From Planctomycetota bacterium (lineage in GTDB: Bacteria > Planctomycetota > B15-G4 > SIAN01), in assembly GCA_031409275.1 (NCBI GenBank), contig JANNXA010000050.1, forward strand, positions 160,001 through 224,000: 64,000 nucleotides of DNA, given 5' to 3'. A program made the position numbers and the translations under genes. This document shows, one piece after another, positions 9,593 to 20,944 of the stretch; positions within the stretch are counted from its first letter, which is position 1; the number at the start of each line of letters is the position of its first letter. The notes below the pieces were generated by a model. It ran no database searches. It had not been told where the DNA came from and worked only from the letters and a program-made list of their open reading frames with translations.

Positions 9593-9925
9593 TCAGGCGA
9601 AGACGTCGAGCAGGGTTCCGGTGCGCTCGTGCAGCGCGCGCAGTCGCGCGGCATCGACCGCGCCGCCTTCGCGCGCCGCGAGCAGCTCCCCCACGGCATC
9701 GACGAGATCCTCGCGCGCCGGATCGACCTGCACGCGTCCCCCGGCGGTGTAGAGCGCGAGCGGCTCCGCGATCTCTTGCGCGGGCTCGGGCGACGCGGTG
9801 CGCAGCGCGGCCCGCATGGCCATCGAAGCCACGCCGCGCGGGGCGGGAGGTGGCGACGCGCGCACCTCGCTCAGCAGGCGAGCGGCGAGCGCCGAGTCCG
9901 TGGTCGCAGCGATCGGAAACGTCAT
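9593..9925 (-). CDS. small hypothetical protein, 110 aa, ending GTLLDVFA
   Basis: ATG at 9925 lies directly downstream of a sigma28-like promoter; C-terminal G-x-x-L-D-V-x-A resembles small motility-associated proteins (YjfB-like). Confidence 0.65.
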   Translation of the reverse strand: MTFPIAATTDSALAARLLSEVRASPPPAPRGVASMAMRAALRTASPEPAQEIAEPLALYTAGGRVQVDPAREDLVDAVGELLAAREGGAVDAARLRALHERTGTLLDVFA

Positions 9926-9932
9926 GCCGTCC

Positions 9933-9961
9933 GCATCGACGCGCGCGCCGCGCCGCCTTGA
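9933..9961 (-). promoter_or_regulatory. putative sigma28-like promoter TCAAG-N16-GTCGATGC
   Basis: Identical spacing to three other copies; -10 element ends 7 nt before the ATG at 9925. Confidence 0.65.
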
Positions 9962-9969
9962 GCCTGCGG

Positions 9970-9982
9970 GGAACTCTTTTCC
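9970..9982. promoter_or_regulatory. GGAA-N5-TTCC palindrome, putative transcription-factor site
   Basis: 8 nt upstream of the TCAAG element; recurs at 47307-47319 and 60244-60256. Confidence 0.5.
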
Positions 9983-10091
9983 GCGGCGGCGCCCGCAGCG
10001 CTCTCGACCTCGACCGGCAGCGCGAGCACGGTCGATCCACGTCGCTGCACCGGAGCCCGCTCCCACTCATCGCCGGCCCAAGGATCCTCCA

Positions 10092-12812
10092 TTGACGCTG
10101 CGTCGCCAGACCACCTGGACCATCGCGGTCACGCTGCTGCTGCTGGCGATTCCGTTGCAGTGGCTCCTCGATCGGATCCTGCTCGAAGGTTTCGGCCGCA
10201 TCGAGCACCAAGCGACGGCGCGCAACGTCGAACGCGTGGCGGATGCGTTCCGCGCCCAGACCGAGCAGCTCCATCTGAAGGCCACCGACTGGGCATGGTG
10301 GGACGACGCCTACTCGTTCGCCGAGGATCGAAACGACGAGTTCATCGCCTCGAACATGATGAGCTCCGGTCTGGTCTCGCTGCGCGTGAACGCCATCCTC
10401 TTCTTCGATCCCGATGCTGAGCTCATCACGTCGCGCTGCGTGGACCTCGACACCGAAGCCGAGGTCCCGCTGTTTCCTGCGTTGGTGGCGCGGTTCCACC
10501 CAGGATCCCCACTCCTGCGCCGCACCGAGTCCGATCGCGCGAAGTACGGCTTCTTCATCCATGGTGACGAAACGTGGCTGTTCACGGCGGTAGCGATCCT
10601 CGATAGCAACCAGGCTGGACCGGCACACGGCACGCTGGTGTTCGCCACCAGATTCGGTCCCTCCAAGGTCGCTGATCTCGCGGCAGTCACCCATCTCGAT
10701 CTCGCCTTGCATCTCGCAACCGACTTCGAGTCGCTCCCGCCTGACCTTGCGGCCGCGTTGCCCTCGCTGGAGCAGGACCACTCGGTCGTCGCCCCGCTCA
10801 GCGAGGACCTCATCGTCGGCGCCGGCGCGATCGAGGACGTCGACGGCGATCGCTCGCTGCTGGTCCGCATCACCGAACCGCGTGCGATCCACGCGCAGGC
10901 CCTCGCGACCTGCCGCACCGCGCAGGTGGCGTTCGCCGCGACGGCGATCGTGCTCGGCCTCGCGCTGCTGTGGCAACTGCGGCGCGGCGTCGTCGCCCCG
11001 TTGTCGATCCTCTCCACGAAGGTACGTGCCATCGAAGAGAGCGGCGACCTCGACACGCGCATGCCCGAGACGGGCGCCAGCGAACTCGCCGCGCTCGGCC
11101 ACGGCATCAACCAGATGCTCGGCGCGCTCGGCCGTCAGCGGGCGGAGCTCGCCGAGCTGTCGACTTCGCTGGCGACCGCGCGCGACGAGGCACTCGATGC
11201 GGCGCGCGCGAAGTCGGAGTTCCTGGCCAACATGAGCCACGAGATCCGAACGCCGATGAACGGCGTCATCGGCATGACGGGAGTCCTGCTCGACTCGAAG
11301 CTCGACCCCGAGCAGCACGACTACGTCGACACGATCCGCGGCTGCGGCGAGGCGCTGCTCGACCTCATCAACGACATCCTCGACTTCAGCAAGATCGAGG
11401 CCGGGAAGATGACCATCGAGGTGGTCGACTTCGACCCGCGCCACCTCGTCGAGGAGTGCCTTTCGCTGCTGGCCGAACGTGCGCAGCAGAAGGGGCTCGA
11501 GCTCTGCTGCCAGCTCGCGCCGGAGGTGCCCGCCTTCGCCGCCGGCGACCCGGGACGACTTCGCCAGATCCTGCTCAACCTCGTCGGCAATGCGATCAAG
11601 TTCACGGCGAAGGGCGAGGTCGTGGTCCGCGTCAGCGTCGAGCGCGCCGAGGCCGACGCCGACGTGCTGCGGTTCGAAGTCGCGGACACCGGCATCGGCA
11701 TCACGCCCGAGCAGCAGAAGAAGCTGTTCCAGTCGTTCAGCCAGGCCGACGCCTCGACGACGCGCAAGTTCGGCGGAACCGGGCTCGGGCTCGCGATCAG
11801 CAAGCGGCTGTGCGAGCTGATGCAAGGCACCATCGGCGTGCGCAGCGAAGCGGGCCAGGGCAGCTGCTTCTACTTCACCGCGTCGCTCACCCGCCGCGAG
11901 GGGGCGGCGCCGAAAGCCGCTGCGATCACCGCCGAACTCGTCGGCAAGCGCGCGCTGATCGTCGATGACAACGCCACCAACCGCTTCATCCTCGGCAAGC
12001 AGCTCGAGCGCTTCGGGCTCAAGTTCGCGGCGGCCCCGGGCGGCGCCGAGGCGCTGACCCTGCTGGCGCAAGAGCGCGCAGCCGGCCGCACGTTCGACCT
12101 CGCGATCCTCGACTACATGATGCCGGAGATGGACGGCCTGCAGCTCGCCACGCGGATGCGCGCCGATCCGGCATGCGCGACGTTGCCGCTCGTGCTGCTC
12201 TCCTCGGCGGTGGCGCGCAGCCAGGTGCGCGCGAACGAGCCGCGAACCTTCGCGGCCTACCTGCTGAAGCCGGCGCGCGTCGAGCAGCTCCACGAGTGCT
12301 TGAAGATCGTGGTCGGCCACGCGCAGGTCACGAGCCAACCGCCCGAATCTGGCGCGCGCGTAAGCACGACGACAGCCGCGTCGGCGCCGCCGGCGCCCGG
12401 CTCGCGCGGCCGACTGCTGCTGGCCGAGGACAACGCGGTGAACCAGAAGATCGCAGTTCGCCTGCTGCAGACGCTGGGCTGGCAGGTCGATGTCGCCAAC
12501 AACGGCATCGAAGCGGCGCTCGCCGTCACGCAGCGCCGTTACGACGCCGTGCTCATGGACTGCCAGATGCCGGAGATGGACGGCTACGAGGCCACGCGGG
12601 AGATCCGCAAGCGCGAAGTCGCGACCGACGGGGGCGGACACGTCATCGTCCTGGCGATGACCGCCAATGCGATGCAAGGCGATCGCGAGCTCTGCCTCGC
12701 GGCCGGGATGGACGACTACCTCGCCAAGCCGATTCGCCGCGAGGAGCTGCAGCGCGCGCTCGATCGTTGGGTGGCGCCAGCTGCCAACCGAACCGCGCCC
12801 GTGGTCGGGTGA
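10092..12812 (+). CDS. hybrid sensor histidine kinase (CHASE4-HAMP-HisKA-HATPase-REC-REC), about 906 aa
   Basis: TM then DWAWWDDAY (CHASE4); [16 protein letters not shown]-box; N/G boxes ([22 protein letters not shown]); two receivers ([18 protein letters not shown]); TTG start after AAGGA. Confidence 0.95.
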   Translation: MTLRRQTTWTIAVTLLLLAIPLQWLLDRILLEGFGRIEHQATARNVERVADAFRAQTEQLHLKATDWAWWDDAYSFAEDRNDEFIASNMMSSGLVSLRVNAILFFDPDAELITSRCVDLDTEAEVPLFPALVARFHPGSPLLRRTESDRAKYGFFIHGDETWLFTAVAILDSNQAGPAHGTLVFATRFGPSKVADLAAVTHLDLALHLATDFESLPPDLAAALPSLEQDHSVVAPLSEDLIVGAGAIEDVDGDRSLLVRITEPRAIHAQALATCRTAQVAFAATAIVLGLALLWQLRRGVVAPLSILSTKVRAIEESGDLDTRMPETGASELAALGHGINQMLGALGRQRAELAELSTSLATARDEALDAARAKSEFLANMSHEIRTPMNGVIGMTGVLLDSKLDPEQHDYVDTIRGCGEALLDLINDILDFSKIEAGKMTIEVVDFDPRHLVEECLSLLAERAQQKGLELCCQLAPEVPAFAAGDPGRLRQILLNLVGNAIKFTAKGEVVVRVSVERAEADADVLRFEVADTGIGITPEQQKKLFQSFSQADASTTRKFGGTGLGLAISKRLCELMQGTIGVRSEAGQGSCFYFTASLTRREGAAPKAAAITAELVGKRALIVDDNATNRFILGKQLERFGLKFAAAPGGAEALTLLAQERAAGRTFDLAILDYMMPEMDGLQLATRMRADPACATLPLVLLSSAVARSQVRANEPRTFAAYLLKPARVEQLHECLKIVVGHAQVTSQPPESGARVSTTTAASAPPAPGSRGRLLLAEDNAVNQKIAVRLLQTLGWQVDVANNGIEAALAVTQRRYDAVLMDCQMPEMDGYEATREIRKREVATDGGGHVIVLAMTANAMQGDRELCLAAGMDDYLAKPIRREELQRALDRWVAPAANRTAPVVG

Positions 12813-12822
12813 TTCCGCTGGG

Positions 12823-13488
12823 TCAGCCCCTTGCCCTGCGCGGCGCCGGCCAGCCTTCGAACAAGACGTACGCGGCGAAGGCGATCGTGTAGGCACCGAC
12901 CACGTCGATCGAGTAGTGCAGGTGCGCCAGCAGGACCACCGCGGTCGTTGCGAACTGGGCCACGAGCGCCGGCCACGCGAGCCCGCGCACTCGCCGGCAA
13001 TAGAGCCACAACAGGAAAGTGCTGGCCACGTGGCCGCTGAAGTAGAGGTCCTTCGTCAGCGCGACGTGCGGCGCATCGGTGAAGAGCGCCTGCACCGGGT
13101 TCACGATCGCAAGCCACGCCGCGCGCAGCTGCTCGCCGCCGGCGCCCGCGTTGCGATCGACGCCATCGACCGGGCCGAGCCCGGTCAGCACCACGCATGC
13201 GCCGCGCGCGAGGCTCAACCAGCCGCCGAGCCACAGGAATCGCACGCCGGCGTCGCGATCGCGACGCAGCAGGAGGATCGTCAGCGGCACCCACGCCGCG
13301 AGCCACAGCCAGTAGTTGGCGTGCGCCACCCACTCGATGCGCGGCAACAGATCGAGCACGCGATCGGGCAGCGACGGCGCCGGCTGCGACTCGTGCCACA
13401 GCGCCGCGGCCACCATCGCGGCGTGCGTCGCGTAGCGCCAGGCGATGCCGAGCGCGATCGAGTCGCGCCAGCCGCGAGCCCCGCTCAT
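12823..13488 (-). CDS. PAP2-superfamily membrane protein, sphingomyelin/IPC-synthase-like, 221 aa
   Basis: Multiple TM helices; DLYFSGH and HYSIDVVGA motifs; ATGA overlap with the upstream GT2 stop. Confidence 0.78.
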   Translation of the reverse strand: MSGARGWRDSIALGIAWRYATHAAMVAAALWHESQPAPSLPDRVLDLLPRIEWVAHANYWLWLAAWVPLTILLLRRDRDAGVRFLWLGGWLSLARGACVVLTGLGPVDGVDRNAGAGGEQLRAAWLAIVNPVQALFTDAPHVALTKDLYFSGHVASTFLLWLYCRRVRGLAWPALVAQFATTAVVLLAHLHYSIDVVGAYTIAFAAYVLFEGWPAPRRARG

Positions 13489-14180
13489 CGCCCGCCCCGT
13501 CGCAGCACTCCGTAGCGGAAGATCGTCCAGAGGATCTTCCAGCTCGCGCGCAACGTGCCGCTCACCGTCCCGGTGATTTTCGAGACGCCCTTGCGCCTTC
13601 GGTAGCTCACCGGCACCTCGACGATGCGCAGCCGCTGGTGCAGCGCCTTCAGCTGCATCTCGACCGTCCACCCGAAGTTGGTGTCGACCATGCCGATGCG
13701 CGTCAGCGCCTCGCGCGTGATCGCGCGGAACGGGCCGAGATCGCTGTAGCGGAAGCGAAAGAGCAGTCGCATCAGGAAGCAGGCGAGCTGGTTGCCAAAG
13801 CGCGCCTGCGGCAGCAACGCTCCCGGCTCGGCAACTCCTCGCATGCGCGAGCCGACCACGAAGTCCGCCTCACCGCGCTCGATCGGCGCGAGCAACCGCG
13901 ACACCTCGTCGGGATGGTCGGAGTAGTCGGCATCGAGGAAGACGACGACATCACAGTCGGCGGGGAGCGCCGCGATCCCGGCCAGGCAGGCCGATCCGTA
14001 ACCCCGACGCGGTTCGCGGACGACGATCGCACCGGCCGCCTCCGCGACCGCCGCGGTGCGATCACGGGAGCCGTTGTCGACGACGAACACACGCGGCACC
14101 AGGGCGTCGGGAAGGTCGCGCAGCACCAGCCCGATCGAGGCCTCCTCGTTCAGTGCCGGAATGATGGCGCAGGCGCGCAT
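13485..14180 (-). CDS. family 2 glycosyltransferase (DPM1-like), 231 aa
   Basis: IIPALNEE, VVDNGSRD, GYGSAC, FLDADYSD, DLGPFRAI, GWTVEMQ. Confidence 0.92.
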   Translation of the reverse strand: MRACAIIPALNEEASIGLVLRDLPDALVPRVFVVDNGSRDRTAAVAEAAGAIVVREPRRGYGSACLAGIAALPADCDVVVFLDADYSDHPDEVSRLLAPIERGEADFVVGSRMRGVAEPGALLPQARFGNQLACFLMRLLFRFRYSDLGPFRAITREALTRIGMVDTNFGWTVEMQLKALHQRLRIVEVPVSYRRRKGVSKITGTVSGTLRASWKILWTIFRYGVLRRGGR

Positions 14181-14321
14181 GACGACGGGCGGCTCCTCCG
14201 GGGCCCACGGGGGAACGAAGAACATCGTTCCCGCCGACCTCCCCAGTCTGGGATGCGTGCTATATCCTCCGCGCCTGCATCCCCCCGGTGACTTCGCTTC
14301 CCTTCGACGGGTTCGATTCGC

Positions 14322-15428
14322 ATGCAACTGCCCTGCATCGCCCCTCCATGCCTTGCCGCGCTCGCCTTGGCATCGCTGCTCGCCGCGCCGGCTCCCGCTC
14401 AGGTGTGGGTCAACGCCGGCCAGGACACGATGCTGCCGGCCGGTCATTCGATGATGCGCCTCGCCGGCAGCGCCGGAGGTTTCTCGCCCCTCGACTTCTG
14501 GGTTGCGGATGGCGACGGCCTGACGGAAAACCGCCTGCTCAAGTGGAACGACGTCACCGGACTCACCGTGGTCGGCCCTCTGCAGACCGCCGCCGGCCGC
14601 GTCTACGGCTGGCCGAGCGACTTCGAGCGAGTGCGCGGCACGGTCTACGGAATCGAGACCTTCGACAAGAAGCTCTACACGCTCGACGGCAACACCGCGA
14701 TCTGCACCGACGTCGGGCCAGCGCTGTCGTCGTACACGCGCCTGTTCGGCTTGGCCTACGACTTCGGCAACGACCACCTCTACGCGGTCGACAACAAGAC
14801 GCGCAAGATCATCAAGATCGATCGCACCACGGCGGTGTCGAGCGTGGTGATGACGCTGCCGAGCAACTTCAGCGACGTCCGCGGCCTCGCCTACCGTGTC
14901 GGCGACGGAAAGCTCTATTTCTGCGACGACGCCACCGAGACGCTGCAGCGGATCAACCTCGCGACGCTCGCGATCGAGCACGTCATGGACTTCAATGACG
15001 GCCCGAACGCGAAGGTCGACGAGATCGAGTTCTACGAGGGGCAGCTCTTCTGCTGCTACCGCAGCTATGACTCGCTCACCGACATCTGGTCGGCGCAGCT
15101 CGCTCGCCTCGACGTCGAAGACGAGATCGCGATCCCGTACGGGCCGCTGATCACCGACGTTTCGGCGCACAGCCTCGTGATCTTCTCGGTCCCCGAGCAT
15201 GCGCGCTGGGTGCAGGTCTCCGGTCCCGCCACCGCGCAGATCCTGCAGCAGAACCAGCTTGACTCGCCCGTCACGTTCCCGGCGCCGGGCCAGTACGTCT
15301 TCGAATTGCGCGCGGAACTCTTCCGGAACGTCGTCACCGCCGATCAGGTGACGATTCGCGTGCAGCCGAAGCGCCCGCCGAACTCCGCCGGCGGGCCCGG
15401 TGGCAACGGCCCCGCGCCGGTACACTGA
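14322..15428 (+). CDS. secreted protein: beta-propeller-like region within a PKD/Ig-like domain
   Basis: Signal peptide ending APA-Q; repeated GLAY...LY blades; VNAGQD at the N-terminus and WVQVSGP...GQYVFEL...DQVTIRV at the C-terminus. Confidence 0.75.
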   Translation: MQLPCIAPPCLAALALASLLAAPAPAQVWVNAGQDTMLPAGHSMMRLAGSAGGFSPLDFWVADGDGLTENRLLKWNDVTGLTVVGPLQTAAGRVYGWPSDFERVRGTVYGIETFDKKLYTLDGNTAICTDVGPALSSYTRLFGLAYDFGNDHLYAVDNKTRKIIKIDRTTAVSSVVMTLPSNFSDVRGLAYRVGDGKLYFCDDATETLQRINLATLAIEHVMDFNDGPNAKVDEIEFYEGQLFCCYRSYDSLTDIWSAQLARLDVEDEIAIPYGPLITDVSAHSLVIFSVPEHARWVQVSGPATAQILQQNQLDSPVTFPAPGQYVFELRAELFRNVVTADQVTIRVQPKRPPNSAGGPGGNGPAPVH

Positions 15429-15486
15429 CGCCCTCGCCGCGGCGACCTTTCCCGTCCGCAGCGCCGCGCAGAGCCGTCAGGATCCG

Positions 15487-15963
15487 ATGACCGAACCGCC
15501 GATCAATTCGCCGACCTTCCTCGCGCTGCTGTCAGCGCACGCCTCGATGATGACCCTGCTCGAAGAGCACCAGGCGGCGCTCCTCGATCGCGACTTCGGC
15601 CGCGCGCTCGAGCGCCTGCTGGAACTGCGGCGCGAGTTCGAGCACCACGTGCGCGGCGAGGAGGAGCTCTTCACCCGTCTCTTCGCCCAGGTCGATCAGG
15701 TGCGCGGGACGCCGCTCGACCTCTTCACCGGCGAGCACAAGCACCTGCGCGAGATGCTCGGCGAGTTCGAGACTTCCTTGCGGCGCTTCGACGCCACGGC
15801 GACCGGCCGCAACGTGATCGAGCTGATCGAGGATGAGCTCGTGTTCAAGTCCTTCTTCCGCCACCACGACGAGCGCGAGAAGAACCTGCTCTACCCCGCC
15901 TTCGACACCGGGACCTCCGAGGCGAAGCGCGCCGAACTGCTGCGCCGCTTCCACACGGGCTGA
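15487..15963 (+). CDS. hemerythrin (HHE) domain protein, 158 aa
   Basis: H...HVRGEE...EH...HDEREKNLLYP pattern. Confidence 0.85.
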   Translation: MTEPPINSPTFLALLSAHASMMTLLEEHQAALLDRDFGRALERLLELRREFEHHVRGEEELFTRLFAQVDQVRGTPLDLFTGEHKHLREMLGEFETSLRRFDATATGRNVIELIEDELVFKSFFRHHDEREKNLLYPAFDTGTSEAKRAELLRRFHTG

Positions 15964-16006
15964 CCTACCGACGGAGCGCGCGGCGCGACTTCCACGGCCT
16001 GCCGCG

Positions 16007-16765
16007 TCACGCCAGCGCGAGCGCCCCCTCGATCAGCAGCTTGCCGCCGGCGATCAGCAGCACGACACCGAGCAGACGCCGCAGCCGTCGCGGATCGATC
16101 CGGCGCACGCCGAGCGAACTGCCGACAAAACCGCCGGCCAGCACCACCGCCGCGAAGAACGGCAGCTCGTGCGGCAGCGACTCCGCATGGACCCGGTGAC
16201 CGACGAGTCCGGCCACCGACGTGACGAGGATGAAGACCGACGCGAGCGCCGAGATCTCCCGGACGCGTGCCCAGCGGCACAGCAGCGCGAGCGGCGACAG
16301 GAAGATGCCGCCGCCGGTGCCCGTGATTCCCGACACGAAGCCGATCGCGGCGCCGACCGCCAGCGCCACCGCACGCCGCGGCGGCCGCGGCGCTTCCACT
16401 TCCTGCTCGCCCTTCAACAGCAGCAGTCGCGTCGCCGCCGCCAGCAGCACCACGCCGAGCAGCGGCTTGTAGATCCGCGCATCGAGCGCGAGCCGACCGC
16501 CGAGGAATGCGAGCGGGACGGTCGCCACGCCGAACGGCCAGAAGAGCGACCAGGAGAAGAGCTTCGCGCGCACGAATCGCCACGCGCCGAGCCCCGCCAC
16601 GACGATGTTCAGCACCAGTGCGGTCGGCTTCATCTGCTCCGGCGCGACGTTCAGCAGCGCCATCGTCGCGAGATATCCCGACGCTCCCGCATGACCGACC
16701 GACGAGTAGAGCGCCGCGACCGAGAAGAAGGCGACGCAGAGCGTGACCGTCGTGGTCAGTTCCAT
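16007..16765 (-). CDS. TauE/SafE family (sulfite exporter-like) membrane protein
   Basis: YSSVGHAGASGY and SGITGTGGGIFLSP repeats; about 8 TM helices. Confidence 0.92.
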   Translation of the reverse strand: MELTTTVTLCVAFFSVAALYSSVGHAGASGYLATMALLNVAPEQMKPTALVLNIVVAGLGAWRFVRAKLFSWSLFWPFGVATVPLAFLGGRLALDARIYKPLLGVVLLAAATRLLLLKGEQEVEAPRPPRRAVALAVGAAIGFVSGITGTGGGIFLSPLALLCRWARVREISALASVFILVTSVAGLVGHRVHAESLPHELPFFAAVVLAGGFVGSSLGVRRIDPRRLRRLLGVVLLIAGGKLLIEGALALA

Positions 16766-16810
16766 CGGGAGGGTCCCAAGTCGCCGCTCGCGCGAGTCAT
16801 GCGTCGCGCC

Positions 16811-18466
<1,656 letters not shown>

Positions 18467-18751
18467 GGCGTGATTCTCGGAAGGTCTCGAAGAGCCCGGA
18501 GCGGGCGCGCGATCGTAGCCCCAACCCGCGACGCCGCGACCGCTCACGCCAGGGCTATCGTTGCGGCGCATCTGGAGCCCGCGATGCGCAAGCTGCTTCC
18601 CGCCATCGCCGCAGTCACCGCGATCGCGCCCCTCGACGCCGGCCACCTCTCCGTCGTGATCCCGGGTTCGAGCGCGCGGAGCCGCCGTCCACCGCCTCGC
18701 GCTGGTGCAGGAGTGACGAAGCGTCGCGAGAGTTTCAAAAGGAAGTGAGCC

Positions 18752-20926
18752 ATGCGACGGATCGCCGTTCCGTTGGTCGTCGTCCTGTCGATCGCGCTGC
18801 TGGCGTGGCTCTTCCGTGGTGAAAGGCCGCCGCGCCTCGCGGTGCAGCCGGCCGCGCCACGATCCGTCGCGGACCAGCCCTCCGAGCCGCCCGCCGCCGT
18901 CGAGGCCACGGCAGTCGCCGCACGCGAACCACTGCCCGACTCGCCAGCGGAGCGCGCGGCGCCGCCTCCAGTCGCCGACAGCGAAGCAGTCGCGCCGTCG
19001 ACGACCAGTGACTACCCGGGCCGCATCGTGCTGCGCGACGTCGAAGGACACCCGATCGCGGCTGGATCAGGGATCCTGGAAGGCTGGCTCAAAAGCACCG
19101 GGAGCAGCTTCGGAAGCGGACCGATCGCGGTGCATGAAGGGAGCTTCCGCCTCCCCTTGCCCGACCGCTGCGGCTTCGTGCCGTCGCGCCTCGACCTCAA
19201 CGACGAGCTGGTGTGGACCGATGCGACCGCGGTCGAACTCGATTCGCACGGCGAGTTGGTGATCGAGGCGCGCCGCGTTCCGCCGATGCGGCTGCACGTC
19301 GTCGACGCGAATACGCAGCAGGACCTCGAAGGAGTCGATGTCGTCGCGCTCGCCGGCGGGGTGTTCGACGGCGTCGACCAACCGGGCGAGATCGCTCCCG
19401 AGGACCGGCTGGTCGTCGACGGACGTTCGCCACTGACGCTCGCCCCGCGACTCCGCCACGGCGACATCCGCTGGACGCTGACGGTCGCCGTCCACGCACC
19501 CGGCTACGCATGGCGCCTCCTGCCGCTCGACTTCGCGCGCGGCGGCGACGAGATCGTCGCGCTCGATCGGGGCGCGGACCTCGACGTCACGATCGCTGGC
19601 GAGTTCGAGCGCGGCGAACCCGGGCCACTCCGCTGGGACGACTCGCGGCCGCAGCTGCGCGTGCGCCACCTCGCCGCCGATTCGGAGCCGGCGCTCGATC
19701 GCGAGAGGTTGTTGGAACGCGCCCGCGCGGCGATCGCCGAACTCGACGAGGAGGAGCGCGACGAGCTCTTCCCGGACGGTGTCGTGCCCGACGAATCGAT
19801 GCTGCTCGAATTCATCGAAGCGCAACGCGAGGCGGCGCTGAACTTCCGCGCCATGGCGCGGCTCATCGCGCAGCGGCTCCCCGAGCCTGCCGGCGCGACC
19901 CGCTTCAAGGGGCTTCCGCTCGGACGCGTTCTCGTGGCGCTGGAGCAAGGCGAACACTGGTCGAACCCGAGGGTGCTCGCCGAGAGCGTGATCGAACTCA
20001 CCGCCGGCACGACGTCCGCGGTGCAGCTTCAGGTGCGTCCCGATGATCGGCCGGCCGGCGTGCCCCTCGCCGGACGGATCCGCCTCTCGCCGAGTTGGAA
20101 CGACAGCGACCCGCTCGACCTCTGTTTCGAACCGATCGCCGTACCGGGCGCGACGAGTGCGGAGGAGTTCAACATCGACGTGAAGCTGATCGGCTCGCCG
20201 GATGGGCCGGAGTGGCACCGCTTCGACGCCGGCCGAAGGCTGCCGGGTCGCTGGCTGGTCACTTCCTACGCCTACGACTTCCAGGTGATGGTCGACACCG
20301 GACCGGCGGGACGCAGCGATGCCGAGATCGTGATCGGCGATCCGGCCGATGCGTGGATCAAGCTGATCGACGCGAGCAGCGGCCAGACCATCGCCGTCGA
20401 GGACAAGCAGGGGCTCCACTGGTGGTGCCAGCGACCCGCCGAGAGCAACGGTGGAAGCCTCGAGAGTGCGCGCTTCAACGAACCGGCCGACGCGTGGTAC
20501 TTCCGCGCGCCGGAGGGCCGCGTCGGACTCTCCCTTCGCGACGAAGCGGGACTGCGCTACCGCGAACCCGACGATTGGGTCGTCACCCTCTCGCCCGGCC
20601 GCAACGACCTGACGTTCACGCTGCAGCGGGTGCAGTCGCTCGAGCTGCGCTTCGAACTCGACGGGCGCCCGCTCCCTGAATCGACCCTCGCGTTCCAGTT
20701 CGAGATCGACTCGAGCTCGGCTCGCGCCATCAACACGGCCAATGGCAAGAAGCTGCGCGGCTCCAGATGGAGCCGCTCGAAGCTCTGGTTCACTTTCCCG
20801 AAGCCGGGCCGCTGGCGGATCGAGGTGGCCCCGCTGCCCGGCTATGCGTCGGTCGAGCCGTTCGAACTCGACATCGCGGAAGGAGAACTCGTCGTCCACC
20901 GTCTCGCGCTGGTGCGTGAGGAGTAG
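18752..20926 (+). CDS. large N-terminally anchored exported protein with carboxypeptidase-regulatory-like (Ig/prealbumin) repeats
   Basis: N-terminal TM, Pro/Ala linker, beta-rich repeats ([22 protein letters not shown]). Confidence 0.7.
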   Translation: MRRIAVPLVVVLSIALLAWLFRGERPPRLAVQPAAPRSVADQPSEPPAAVEATAVAAREPLPDSPAERAAPPPVADSEAVAPSTTSDYPGRIVLRDVEGHPIAAGSGILEGWLKSTGSSFGSGPIAVHEGSFRLPLPDRCGFVPSRLDLNDELVWTDATAVELDSHGELVIEARRVPPMRLHVVDANTQQDLEGVDVVALAGGVFDGVDQPGEIAPEDRLVVDGRSPLTLAPRLRHGDIRWTLTVAVHAPGYAWRLLPLDFARGGDEIVALDRGADLDVTIAGEFERGEPGPLRWDDSRPQLRVRHLAADSEPALDRERLLERARAAIAELDEEERDELFPDGVVPDESMLLEFIEAQREAALNFRAMARLIAQRLPEPAGATRFKGLPLGRVLVALEQGEHWSNPRVLAESVIELTAGTTSAVQLQVRPDDRPAGVPLAGRIRLSPSWNDSDPLDLCFEPIAVPGATSAEEFNIDVKLIGSPDGPEWHRFDAGRRLPGRWLVTSYAYDFQVMVDTGPAGRSDAEIVIGDPADAWIKLIDASSGQTIAVEDKQGLHWWCQRPAESNGGSLESARFNEPADAWYFRAPEGRVGLSLRDEAGLRYREPDDWVVTLSPGRNDLTFTLQRVQSLELRFELDGRPLPESTLAFQFEIDSSSARAINTANGKKLRGSRWSRSKLWFTFPKPGRWRIEVAPLPGYASVEPFELDIAEGELVVHRLALVREE

Positions 20927-20944
20927 GCGCGCGAGTGCTACTCG

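Noticed and set aside
9507..12896. Long antisense ORFs (also 31967-35554, 50587-53253, 54164-57448 and many others)
   Set aside because: Expected stop-poor shadow frames of GC-rich genes; no motifs, and they overlap well-supported CDSs
14211..14232. Inverted repeat GGGAACGA-N6-TCGTTCCC containing an AGAA-N5-TTCC variant of the motility palindrome
   Set aside because: No accompanying TCAAG promoter, imperfect left half-site, may lie within the GT2 coding start, and the flanking genes are not motility-related
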